NCBI RefSeq assembly: GCF_001194135.2 | Contig: NC_068989.1 | Location: 51,936,986-52,000,985, forward strand | Direction of reading: 5' to 3' | Source: Octopus bimaculoides | Taxonomy: Eukaryota | Length of the DNA stretch: 64,000 nucleotides | Shown: one piece after another, positions 1 to 12,362 of the stretch | How the letters are laid out: every line of letters starts with the position of its first letter | How positions within the stretch are numbered: the stretch's first letter is position 1 | Made by a program: the position numbers and the translations under genes | Notes under the pieces: model-generated | What the model was told of the DNA's origin: nothing | Seen by the model: only the letters and a program-made list of their open reading frames with translations | Databases searched by the model: none

Positions 1-685
1 GTTTCAAGAAACTCTAGGAAACTGTTATGACAGAATCTCTCATATTGTGCTTTTGGTGCAAAATGCACTCTTGTTCTTATTGCTAGCGGGGAAATAAATC
101 GCCGTCATCTACAACAGCACGACTACCAGATAACGTGATTTCGAGGTTCTTTGATTTCGTCAATGATAGACGCTCGGCCACTAAATTTAGGAGCGAATAT
201 TCTCACCGCCAGCGATATATGGTAAAACAGAGCGAGAAAAGCCGCTAGCGACGCAATAAGCCTGTGAGCTTGTTAAATATTGTATATTTGGAACAGAAGC
301 AGTGTGAAAATTAGATACATATTTATCCCCATTTTAACGAGGATTCTCTGTTAGAACAAACTGTAAATCAGTAGACATCATAAGAGAAACTGTCCTTCAT
401 ACTGACATATANNNNNNNNNNNNNNNNNNNNNNNNNNNNNNNNNNNNNNNNNNNNNNNNNNNNNNNNNNNNNNNNNNNNNNNNNNNNNNNNNNNNNNNNN
501 NNNNNNNNNNNNNNNNNNNNNNNNNNNNNNNNNNNNNNNNNNNNNNNNNNNNNNNNNNNNNNNNNNNNNNNNNNNNNNNNNNNNNNNNNNNNNNNCTTAC
601 GAACAATAGAAGTTTGTATTTGTGTACCTGTGACTGTGAGCATATATAGGTCTGTTTGTGAGAACAGATGTGTACGTGTGTGTGC

Positions 686-722
<37 letters not shown>

Positions 723-1700
723 CGCGCGCGCTTGTATATGCGCATACCACGTTCATGATGACAGAAGTTGGGGGTTGAAGTGGATGCATAAAGTTGTGAG
801 TTTAGTCTGCAGTCTGCAGAGACATTGGTGGTTGGAATCCCTGTTCTTGATTGTAGGGCAACCACACTTGAGGAGTAGCCGAAGTTAACGTCATATATTT
901 GGGTTGTCGGCAGCCAATGATTTGAAGTTCCCCCAGAGAGTGTAGCTCTGGTAGGATTAATTATATAGTTCGTACGAAGCAAAATAAATCAATTATAGAG
1001 TACCGCGTTTATTTTATATATATAAGCAAATTCGGTTGAATAAATTTTGGTACCCAATCTGTTACTGGTTTTAAAATATTTTCGTCATCTGCAACCCGTT
1101 TTAATATCTAAAATACTGCACTGGATTTATAAAGTAATGGCAATTAATAAAGTATTACCCATTTAATTGTTCTTCGTATTTTGGTTACGCATATTCATTC
1201 GGTTTTTGTTTGTTCTGTCATGAGAGAAAACATGCTTCAAGTGATAGTTTGTAATTTAAATTACCAAATTATTCAGTTGCAATTTTGTATTCAGTAGTTC
1301 TGAACTGGTAAGTAGTTACACAAATCAATGTAGCAATGTAGCAAATCGACGTAGCTTTATAGTATTTGAATCTAGTACAGCACTTCTTGCAGGATTAATC
1401 CATGACGAATATATAAGGGTAATTTATATTGCTAAATAGTGAGTGCTGAATAAAAGAATTAATTATTCTGCTTATTAGGCAAAAAAGCCCGTTATATTTT
1501 GTTTTGAGGAACGACCAACATGCCTTGAACCTGTCTATCAGGAAACCTCATTCTCGCTTTTTGGTATATCGGATTATTTTAGTTTTTTGGTCAATGTGCC
1601 GGGTTAAATTAGATAATATTAAAGTTAAATCTCTTGAAATTACAGATATTCAAAGCAGGATACTTTCCAGTGTCCTTGCGCTACTCATAACAGATATATA

Positions 1701-3154
1701 CATCCAGAAATGCGGTAACAGAATAGGAGAGAAATTTAGGATTTCTCAGTTTTTTGTGAATGGATTGTAATAAAACGTTTCCGAAGCTGGTTGGCACACT
1801 ATGTCAACATTGTTATGTGTTCATTATTCTGTGTAACGTCCTTTCTTTTTCATTTTAGATTCTTCAGTTTTGGAGTGAACCATGCTAATGGTGTATCTCC
1901 TCTCTAACAAGAATGGAACGTGGAAAAGGCATTAACGATATTGCGGAGAAGTTTGGTCATCATGTAGACACGGTTAGATGACTCCTCAAGAACCACTCGC
2001 CAAGGAAGAAACGCTCCGATTGTAGGACATCCAAAACAGTGTGCTAGCTAGGGATTTGAAGAATATTGTCCACAAGTTACATGAGAAAACTGGACAAACA
2101 AGCAAATTCTTTTTCACCGCCTCTGGACTTACTCACCGAAAACCACCACAAATCGCATCACCAGGACCATGACGTCCGTGCGAGAACCACTGAAACTGCC
2201 TCCTTTAAGATCTCTTCACAAGAGTTTGTATCTTCAATGGGAAGAAAAGTACATGACATCGGACATGAATTGCGTTCTGTTCACTGACGAAACCATGGCG
2301 AACCTTGACGGACCTGACACTTGGGCAAATGGTTAGGTCTATTTTGGAGATGTGCGTCACCAACGTTTATGACGTCAACAACAGAGGAGTGGAGTCATGT
2401 TGTGGGCTGGTGTCATTGGGGACAGACGTGTTTGCCCAGTCAGGGTGCCTGATGGGGTTAATCTGATAGCAGCCGCCTACTACAATCTCCTGAAGGCTGT
2501 TTTGGATATCTGGTTAAATGACGTACCGATGTCACTTCTGAGGAATCTCGTATTCATGCATGGCAGCCCTCGCTTCTACTCTGCTAAGTCCACCCACACA
2601 TTACTAGAGTCTTACGGCATACAAAGTGAAAGGTTGATGGTATGGCCGCCAGCATCACCGGATCTCAACAATATCGGAAATTGTTGGTCCATCATTAAGC
2701 ATGATGTTTATACGTTGAAAGCTGCAGCAGAGGCTATCCAACCTGATACTTTTAATAAATTGACAGCTTCCATGACAAATAGTGTTTTTGCTGTTATCCG
2801 TCGAAATGGCACTCATGTAGCTAAATAATTCATTATGTCAATAAATGTTATATCATTATAATGGTTTTCTGTTAAATATATACTCAATGTATGCTAAATA
2901 TGTATCATTACCCCTTATCTTCTGAAAAATAATGTCTAGAAAGGCAGTTTTCATTCAAAAGCGATTAGCGTGGTTCACTCCAAAACTGAAGAATCTCAAA
3001 TGAAAAAGAAAGGACATTAAGCAGAATATTGAAAACATAACAATGGTGTTGCTATAGTGTGCAAAGCAGCGGGGAAACGTTTTATCAAAATCGATTCTCA
3101 GAAAACTGAGAAATTCTAAATTTCACTCCTAAGTTATTAGCGTGGTTCTGAGTG
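1701..3154 (+). mobile_element. Full-length Tc1-like DNA transposon (IS630-Tc1-mariner superfamily), decayed
   Basis: TA on both sides (1699-1700, 3155-3156). About 190-bp terminal inverted repeats (1701-~1890 vs ~2963-3154) align over their length, e.g. GATTCTTCAGTTTTGGAGTGAACCA / TGGTTCACTCCAAAACTGAAGAATC. Internal transposase remnant. Confidence 0.92.
1913..2828 (+). pseudogene. Tc1-family transposase pseudogene (stops, frameshifts, mutated catalytic residues)
   Basis: Manual translation gives VLFTDE (first D), GVMLWAGV, FMHG (D to G) and WPPASPDLNNIGNCW (canonical WP..SPDLNPIE, E to G). ORF 2397..2828 covers the DDE C-terminal half. Confidence 0.9.
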
Positions 3155-3608
3155 TATAACAGCAAATATATGCAGTTGTGTGAGGAAGCATACCACGCAC
3201 GTATTTCTTGGAACAGATCAACATCGCATAATTTGCTCCGGAGGGAAACCATAGAAACCGTCACTCTTTTACACCTTAATAGCTTTAAACAATCAGTTTA
3301 GATTCTCATTAGCAAACGGTGAAACGTATCGTATTTGAATTTATTATTTCATTGTGATGTCTGCTGTGTTGTACATGAACTGATGTTAAAGTAACAAAGT
3401 GGTATCAGAAGCACAGATACAAAATTACACTATACATGAACGTACTACCGTAATGTATGAATATTATATATATACAAGGTGAAGAAGCAGCCCTCTTGGG
3501 CCGTCCATTTAAATTTCACCTCTTTTCCTTCTACACTAGTCTTTAGAAAGAATGTGTTCTAATACTATTTTTTTTACCGACAGTGTGGTTTTGTAATATT
3601 CCTATATA

Positions 3609-3645
<37 letters not shown>

Positions 3646-4003
3646 CACTTCACATTGTGTTTTGTATAAACGGTTCTCTTGACATGAAAGCTCTCTTAAA
3701 GCATGTATTTATGTGATTACATATACATTTCTATTATACTTGATGCGTGGTTTTGTTATTCATTTCATCTTTGGATTTAAAATCAACACCATCATCGTTC
3801 CCAGTATTAATAATAATTCAATTCATATCTAGCTTTTAGATCCTATGATGAGATGTTTGGCTTTTACTCCGAAATCGTGAATAACAAACAATTAGTTTAA
3901 TCAGAGCGAATTTTCCGATGACTCTAAAGCTGAATGTGTTGCAAACAGTTCAGGATTGTAATTCTTAAGGAATAAATCTCACCTCTTTCACATCTTAAAT
4001 TAG

Positions 4004-4088
4004 GTACATGTTACTTTTAGCAGTGCTGTGGATAAGTTGTTTCCAAACCTTTTGTTACCATGTACATGCAATGCTGACTGTGATGACA
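4004..4088 (+). CDS. Candidate first coding exon encoding a signal-peptide-like N-terminus (MLLLAVLWISCFQTFCYHVHAMLTVMT)
   Basis: Pyrimidine-rich acceptor ...CTCTTTCACATCTTAAATTAG at 4003, ATG at 4008, donor GTAAGT at 4089 exactly on a codon boundary. No homology recognised. Confidence 0.25.
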
Positions 4089-4744
4089 GTAAGTAGAAGG
4101 ATGAGGATGATGAAAAGGAAGGAAAAACAGATAGAACTGGAAGAAAAAGAAAGTGAATTGAACTCACACGTTTCTTTAGGTTTTCTACAAACATTTCATA
4201 GATTATCTATCTCCTTCATGTGTTCTCAATGTTATTTGATGTTGATCGTTTTCAGACATTTACTCTTTGAGGATAAAATGTCTGAGAGTTTCTCCATATC
4301 TTTTCTGTTTGTATGTACCATCTTGGAAGAGGAGCTTTTGGTATAATAAAAATGCTTATTTGAAACGCCTTATATAAATTTGATCAGTAAATACTGTAAA
4401 ATGAATCGCAATATGCGTTTAAGAGACCCTTCTCATTCCAGTAACTCTCAAGTGGCTTCTGGACGTTTGACATTGGCACTAATTCAGGTATTCAAATATA
4501 TTAAAGTTATGGAAGGGTGGATTTGAGAATTAGTATAGTTTTGGTACTGGTACATGAAGCGTTCGCTGCATGGTACATAAGATATTCAACTTAATGAATA
4601 CTAAAGTTTTCATATATATACAGAGGGATTGATATATAGATATGTATATACTGTTATGTATGTTTGTTGCGTTTACTTAATATCAAATATATAACATTAC
4701 CGATTATATAACAGTTATGGTTTTATATCTCAGTCTACTTACAA

Positions 4745-6300
4745 TATTTAATTTAATGCACAAACTCTTAGGATCTCCTTCTGTAACAACGATAAAAGTG
4801 CTAATTTCTTGGACGTAACTCTCCATTTGCAAATCCAAACCTTCTACCCACACCACAGACCCGGAGAAAACCTCAACTACGTGCGTGAACTTCTTCTCCA
4901 CCGCTGTCAGTCCTAAAATCTATTGCGGAAATCGTTTCCTACCGGATTTCCTCACTATCTACTAATAAAGATTTATTCTAGCACTATGCAGAATATTACA
5001 ATTCTGCCCTACAACGTACCGGCTATAAAAACTCAATTGAATCTTTCACCATGTAGAATATTCCTCCACCCACTAAACCCAGAACTATAACCAGTTCTTT
5101 TCCACCATGTTATGAACGTAAAATTCCCCTATCCCACCACTCCAATACTCGTCCAAATTTCAATAACAGACGACCTAACAAACAACCATCCGGCCAGATG
5201 ACTCCAAATCCTATATATATCGCAACTCACCGAAACACACACACCGGCGTGCACCTCCAAAGCCCTATCCCCAACCAGTTAACCCTCCACCCTAATCGGG
5301 TTAAACGAACAAGCACCCGGGACGTTATCTGGTTCCACACCTTCGCCCTTAATGTTGAGACTCAGGTACCTAAATTATTCTTCGCCCTGCTCAAAAAACA
5401 TTTCCCTAAATCTAGCCTCCTAAGAAAAATATTTAACCCCCAATCTATAAAATTGTCCTACTCTACCACCAACAACATTGCCGGAGGTATCCGACATCCG
5501 AACAAGAATCACAGAAATCCACAACCAGCTAACTCTCACCCTAATAACTTAACTCTACCTACCCTCCAGCTCCACCAATTGACCCCCTTAACTACACCAT
5601 CCTCTATGATTCCAGCTATAATTCCACTATTAACACCCGATTCTTAAATTTGTCACTACGCCCAATTATATCTCTTATAAAAATAGAAAGTGATACAGAC
5701 GATACCACTGGACAGAATAATTTTCATACTATAGAACCCCATGACACCACCCTCAATTCCCTAAAATACACTCATTTTAATGCTAGCAAAAAAAAAAAGG
5801 GAACCTAACACCAGTTCCTTATCAAATAACAATCCCCTTCACAAGTTTATCCGGACCCCACCTACGAATTTATGCAGCTCCAGATGCCCAAGCTATTGTC
5901 CTTTAGATAATCGCTCTCTCACAAAAACAACGCATACAAGTGTACAGTTTCAGCTGCCAATTGTAATTACATATCTAACGGTTCATGCCGCACCACCTTC
6001 AAAGCCAGAGTGAGGAACCATTACTCCAATTTCAAGACGCAAGCAAAATCCAACAGTACATTGTTATCTTAGCTTATCAATAAATTAAATATTGATTCAA
6101 CTCCTGAAACTCTCAAGTGAGTACATAGTCATCCACGCCAAACCATACAGCAGCTAAAATAACAAGTGTGATCTCTGTATAGCCGAGGTCTTAGTTATTT
6201 TGCCATCTTAGGATTGTCTTGATGAACGCAACAGTATAATTTTTACCTGGGATTATCGATCACTAAATCTATTCTCAAGATACACATAACAACTCCACCC
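4745..6300 (+). mobile_element. 5'-truncated Penelope-like retroelement (RT C-terminus, thumb/linker, GIY-YIG), Naiad-like
   Basis: Frameshifted motifs: LRISFCNNDKSANFLDVTL..FYPHHRP..LNYV; YRISSLSTNKDLF..YYNSALQRTGY; VIWFH..LNVETQVPKLFFALLKKHFPKS..LRKIFN.QSIKLSYS; CSSRCPSYCPLDNRSL; YKCTV; TTFKARVRNHYSNFK; AKPYS..NKCDLCIAE. Confidence 0.9.
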
Positions 6301-6937
6301 GCTTTTTCCCCCTAGCCTTCATAAATTGCATCTCTTATTTACCCTCATTACCCCTATATATTAAACTAACAATATATCTTGCCTTTAATTCCGCATTGTC
6401 GTTTACATACTTCCCTCTGTATCTTTCCTTACCATTTATAAACATTTTTCTCGTGTTTCACCTGCCTCCCCCGCCTAACCCTCCTTACATATTCCAACAT
6501 ACACCTCTATTGATTCATAATGTAGACACGCTCATCACACACAATATACATTCCTTAATTGATAGCTATTAGTAGCTGCCACGAATCTTCTTCATTCTCT
6601 CTTGATTTCTTCATGCATACATTTTTCTCCCACTTGACCAAAAACATTTCTCCATCCGCTTCCCCCACATTAGCTTTTTTTTTTCAAATACCACTCCCCT
6701 TGTTAATTTCTGTGATTCGACTAAAATAGCTCTATTGAGTACTACATGTCAAATGTGCTTGCTTAAATTATTCATTCCTCTCACTCCGTTATGTTTTTTC
6801 TTTTTAAATACTAATTTCTCTCTACATTTCTATTCCCTACTCCTACTGTACTCTCAAAATATTCTGATTGAATCTTCTATGTGTTAACATATACCTCGTT
6901 ATGACAATGTAAACTTTCATTTAATCAAGATATCCTT

Positions 6938-7027
6938 GACCTGAAGAATAGCCTGCAGTATTCACCTATACCTCGTTTAGATATTTACCACTTCCGAGGT
7001 TCCACTCGCTGTGAAAAATATGTAGCC
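6938..7027 (+). ncRNA. Hammerhead-ribozyme-like motif with extended helix II, downstream of the PLE
   Basis: CTGAAGA (6941-6947), helix II ATAGC/GCTGT, GAAA (7013-7016), AATATG, then TA. Helix I GAC/GCC has one mismatch. Same strand as the PLE. Confidence 0.5.
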
Positions 7028-7061
7028 CGGATCTTATCTCTCCCATTTCTTATCTATTCTG

Positions 7062-7105
<44 letters not shown>

Positions 7106-8200
7106 AATATATATTTATTTATTTATATATTTATATAATTATATACATACGAGTATGATTACATACTCACAGACACAAAAATACCGTTTAATATAAAATT
7201 TTACTAATCACTTTTCACCCGCTACACCTTCTCAAGCTAATATTTCATAATGTAAAATTCCCAAACAGCTTTGGCGAGTAATGTTGTTGTTCGTTGTAAC
7301 CGTCCACATCCTCAGGTCTGAAGTTCAGAAACTTCTATCTGTTCCTATTGTTGCTCCTCTTTTTCAATCCCCTTTACCCCTGTTATCTCCTCTGTAATAA
7401 TTTAGCGGAATTTTATAAGTAATGTCAGCCTCATTAGCAAATTCAAACGTACATTGTATTTCAGGAAATTTATCTCAAAATTTAATTTTTGCTTTTGTAT
7501 TTTGTTTGCTAGTATTTTTTTTTCTTTGTTGGTATTCCGTAATTTAAGTAAACGTAATTTCATCTCGAAATATAAATTTTGTCAATTTACTGATGTGCAC
7601 GACATTGTGAACTATATTAATAATACTATAGGACTTCTCAGGATTCATTTTATTTCATCGTTTTAACATCTTAGCCAAAATTTAGTTACTTAATTACAAA
7701 TACAAACATTCATTAGACTATGGAAAAGCTTCAGTCAATAAAATAAAAGAAAAGAACGCGAAAGATGGAGGGAAATTATTTTGTATAATTAGAAAGCAAT
7801 TGCATTAGCGAAAATGTTTGTAGGACGGAATATCACGGCAAAATGAATATCACAGCAAAATGAAAGATAGATGTGATTCTCATCTTTCTATGAGAAGAAG
7901 CCATTTAACTACATTTTAATGTTTTACGCATGAAAACGCCAGTGGGAGATTCCACGGATGTCTGCAGCCGAAAAGATCTTAAGAATATCTAATATAACAT
8001 TATTATTTGGTTTTACTATCCCCTAGGCTGTAATTAAAACATCTACTCTCGAATTGCGTCTACATTTGTTAAAGCTGACATTTTTAATTAATTAATTGAC
8101 ATATAAATTTTATGCGCGCCCAGTCACTAAGGAGGCGACACACAACCATGCAGACACGTACATAAAAGAATATACACCTATGATATTTTACCAATTTATT

Positions 8201-8320
8201 AAGGCGGCCAGCAAGTAAGATCATTAACATGCCGGTCATAATATTTAGCGCCACATAGGCCGGCTTTACGTTCTGAGTTCAAATGCCACCAGAGATATCA
8301 TTGTCTTTCATCCTTTTGCG
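8201..8320 (+). mobile_element. Decayed tRNA-derived SINE (family A), 5' part
   Basis: AAGGCGG head, GTTCTGAGTTCAAAT B-box region and CTTTCATCCTTT match the other family A copies in the window. Confidence 0.65.
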
Positions 8321-8397
8321 CAATGAGATCGATGTGAACGACTAATCCTCTTTCCTGAACTTGCTAGTCTTGTACCAAAATTTGAAATCAATATATT

Positions 8398-8610
8398 AAG
8401 GCGATGAGGTGACAGAATAGTTAGCATGCCGGGCAAAATGCTTAGCGGCATTTAGTCCGTCTTTATATTCTGAGTTCAAATTCCGCCGTGGTCGACTTTG
8501 CATCTCATTCTTACAGAACAGACAATGCTTACTAGTTAAGGGATGGCGTCAATATAATCGACTAGCACCCTCTCCCGAATTCGCTGTGGCAAAAGTCGAA
8601 GGCAATATTT
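8398..8610 (+). mobile_element. tRNA-derived SINE (family A)
   Basis: AAGGCG..GTTAGCATGCCGGGCAAAATGCTTAGCGGCATTT..TTCTGAGTTCAAATTCCGCCGTGGTCGACTTTGC..ATATAATCGACT is colinear with 43621-43850. Confidence 0.85.
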
Positions 8611-8859
8611 TAACAATATTCTTATAGACGTGTTGTGTGTTTGCGTGTAAGTGTGTACGCCTGCATATACATGTACATATATATATATATATATACATAT
8701 ANNNNNNNNNNNNNNNNNNNNNNNNNNNNNNNNNNNNNNNNNNNNNNNNNNNNNNNNNNNNNNNNNNNNNNNNNNNNNNNNNNNNNNNNNNNNNNNNNNN
8801 NNNNNNNNNNNNNNNNNNNNNNNNNNNNNNNNNNNNNNNNNNNNNNNNNNNNNNNNNNN

Positions 8860-8893
<34 letters not shown>

Positions 8894-8916
8894 TGTTATA
8901 ATATCTTTTTGGATAG

Positions 8917-8997
8917 GCGAATGAGTGGTGCACGGTACAAAAATTTTCTCCCCGTCATATATACCAAGCTTGTACAAATCGTTGCTACACCATCCGC
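8917..8997 (+). CDS. Candidate phase-0/0 exon ANEWCTVQKFSPRHIYQACTNRCYTIR
   Basis: Acceptor ATCTTTTTGGATAG, donor GTAAGT at 8998, 81 nt, open frame. Product unknown. Confidence 0.2.
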
Positions 8998-9205
8998 GTA
9001 AGTGGACCCTGGACAGGTTAGATTGTACTGGGATCGAATCGTATAAGTAGTAAAAATTAAGTAAAACAATACACTGACATTATAGAAGATCCATTTCTTA
9101 TCATATATTAGGCAAATCTGAAACGTACGTCTGAAATGATATCAAAATATAACTATTTGGTTTGACATCATTATTAGAACTTACACACATACGCACACAC
9201 ACACG

Positions 9206-9314
9206 CACTTGCTTCCTTCACACACATTTGCTTCCTTCACACACACTTACTTCCTTCAATCACACTTGCTTCCTTCACACACACTTGCTTCCTTCACACA
9301 CACTTGCTTCCTTC
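9206..9314 (+). repeat. Minisatellite, about 6 copies of 19-bp CACACACTTGCTTCCTTCA
   Basis: Units read directly, with few substitutions. Confidence 0.95.
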
Positions 9315-10378
9315 TCTATATTATTTTTATCACGTTCACTTTGCCATATTGCATTTGATTATTAATGCAGTACTGCTACAAGGTAAATTTCTACCCGTTA
9401 TCGATGAAAGGAGATATCAAAAGTGCAAGCGAGTTGCGGAAAAATGAAACGCAGTGACACAAAAAAAAGGAAGAAATAAATCACTTAACGTGCACTAACA
9501 AATTTGTCGATATATAATTAACTACCTGTTGGTGGTATTTATAAATTAGAAAATTACATCACAATGTCAATTTAACATCACCTCGGTGCATATTCTAGCA
9601 ATTATATGCGATTCAATGGAGAAGGGAATCATATTCCAAATAATAACCGTGCAAATCTATGGCAATTTTTGTCTTTGTAAGAGGCATCATAGGCATTTTA
9701 TAACTGACATTTGTATATACTTGTGCCTTTCTCTGTGTATTAATGATTACGTATATATATGTGCTCGTGTGTGTAAGTGTGTATCAGTGCGTGCATGTGT
9801 GTGTACACAAATATGTATTTATACATATCTTAATTTCTATGCGTGCATGCATCATACACAAACACCCTTGTGTGTTTGTGCATTGATATTTGAATATATA
9901 TAGCTCTTCCTCTACCTATGTTTGTATATATCTATAAGTGTGTGTGAGAGTACAGGAGTGCAGGAGTACATGTACGCGTATGTGGTTGTGTATGTATATT
10001 CGGATAAAAGAACACGCGGAGATATCAGCTACCAGCTGTGTTAATGTAACACTATTATTTGCATTTGATTAGAAACGCAAATAAGCATTAAACAAATTAA
10101 TGCACTTTCATATATTATTTATATCAAAACACGCTTTCTGTAACTTATAATTAATGGAATTGAGGTGAGCTGAATTATTGCATTCCCTGAAATTAAAGTA
10201 AACTGTTTATATTTTTCTGCGTTGAATGATATACTGAAATGGTCTGTGCAACGTTTTAATTGTCAATCAAATATCAGTTGATCCTTGCAAGAAACTGCGA
10301 ACTCCTCTAGGGATCTACGTAAAGTAACATCATCTGGGTTTATTAATAACATATATACATCTGTATATATACAGATGA

Positions 10379-10420
<42 letters not shown>

Positions 10421-10578
10421 TATACAAACCTATTCATCTGCATGTACACAGAGCATGAGCTATACGTTAATTTCTAACAACTTCTCCTCGGTACTGCTGT
10501 GGCAAAGAGGAATCATAATACATATGCATATAAGTATATGTATCACACATACGCACACAAACATACACATACACATAT

Positions 10579-10623
<45 letters not shown>

Positions 10624-11476
10624 GTGTATATTTGTGTGCGCGACTGTCTTGACGTTATCTTATCTTCTATATGTGTGTATGTGTGTGTGTATTTGAAAGT
10701 ATCTATACGTTATGATTCCCCTCAGACGTAGCTGTTGTATGTCGGTAGAGATGTATATATATATATATACGTACAAATTCGATTTATTTTCAATTTTCGA
10801 TTTATTTCCAAGTGTTCTTGCATTTTGGCATGTTTCTGTGTTATAGATTTTATCATTTATTTCTTCGCCACACAAACACACAAACACACACTCACACACA
10901 GACACACATAAACTCACACACATATATACCTATAAATATGATTATAATTAAGGACATTAAGCTAATCTAGAAGTTGATCAATCCCGAGCTACCTCCTTCG
11001 ATTTCAACACGAGTGTAATTTTGCGATGATTTCAAGTAGTTGGACGATTTAAAGTCTCTTTTCAGCATATATGCTAGTTTTTTTTTTTTTACATGCTCTT
11101 AATTATAATTATAAATATGATCTCACCTTAATAGATCTATTTTTGTACACTAGCCACTGATAAATTGTTAGCCTTTATTGTTATACGTGTGTGTATNNNN
11201 NNNNNNNNNNNNNNNNNNNNNNNNNNNNNNNNNNNNNNNNNNNNNNNNNNNNNNNNNNNNNNNNNNNNNNNNNNNNNNNNNNNNNNNNNNNNNNNNNNNN
11301 NNNNNNNNNNNNNNNNNNNNNNNNNNNNNNNNNNNNNNNNNNNNNNNNNNNNNNNNNNNNNNNNNNNNNNNNNNNNNNNNNNNNNNNNNNNNNNNNNNNN
11401 NNNNNNNNNNNNNNNNNNNNNNNNNNNNNNNNNNNNNNNNNNNNNNNNNNNNNNNNNNNNNNNNNNNNNNNNNNNA

Positions 11477-11674
11477 AAATAAAAATGGATGGCACCATGA
11501 AAGAAAGTATTGAATGTAGATGAAATATTGAGTGTTCAATATAAAGGATCAAATATATAAATATATAAATATAAATATATATATATAAAGGCGACTCGAG
11601 TTTCAGGGCTATTTCCCTTCGTCATGGCCGGTATGACAGACTTTAAAAGAGACTGGTGCCATCCATTTTTATTT
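11477..11674. repeat. Perfect 21-bp inverted repeat (11477-11497 / 11654-11674) enclosing a ribozyme motif
   Basis: AAATAAAAATGGATGGCACCA vs TGGTGCCATCCATTTTTATTT. The left arm abuts an N-gap and may be longer. Confidence 0.95.
11590..11629 (-). ncRNA. Minimal type I hammerhead ribozyme (PLE type) with one extra A in the core
   Basis: Minus strand reads GGC C[A]TGACGA AGGG-AAATAG-CCCT GAAA CTCGAG TC GCC: helix I GGC/GCC, 4-bp helix II, palindromic helix III ACTCGAGT, GUC cleavage triplet. Confidence 0.8.
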
Positions 11675-11808
11675 TATTTTATTTTATATTGTATATTGTA
11701 TATCATATTATATATTGTATATTCCATATTCTATACCCCACATTAGTTATGCAGGAATATAAATAAAACATAAAAAACAGACAGTGTTGGAACTCTTTTA
11801 AGCAAAAT

Positions 11809-11864
<56 letters not shown>

Positions 11865-11971
11865 TGTGTGTGTATATACATATGTATATAAACATATATA
11901 TAAAGAGAGAGAGAGAGGTTGGTTGATAGACAGACAGATAACTAGACAGCCAATTAGTTAGTTTAGTTAGT

Positions 11972-11984
<13 letters not shown>

Positions 11985-12024
<40 letters not shown>
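11985..12024 (+). repeat. (GATA)n microsatellite
   Basis: Direct reading. Confidence 0.95.
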
Positions 12025-12025
<1 letters not shown>

Positions 12026-12288
12026 TGTATACGTATTAATATGCATTATGCATAAAGTGCAGAGAAAATGAGGTAGGGAAAAATTCAGCTCCGGGTATGA
12101 CCAAATATGTCCCTCATGATAGTTTGCACAATGGCGAAGCCATATAGCAGTATGACATGGCTACCATCTACTTGCCTGTACTTCACTTCAACTCTCTCTC
12201 TCTCGCTCTCTCTTTGTCTTCTTAATGTGTATGCAAATGTATGTAGGGACATACTCTTATATACGCGCACATACGTATACACACAATC

Positions 12289-12362
<74 letters not shown>

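Noticed and set aside
7250-7700. Minus-strand stretch with vague retroelement-like peptides
   Set aside because: No diagnostic RT or endonuclease motif could be pinned down.
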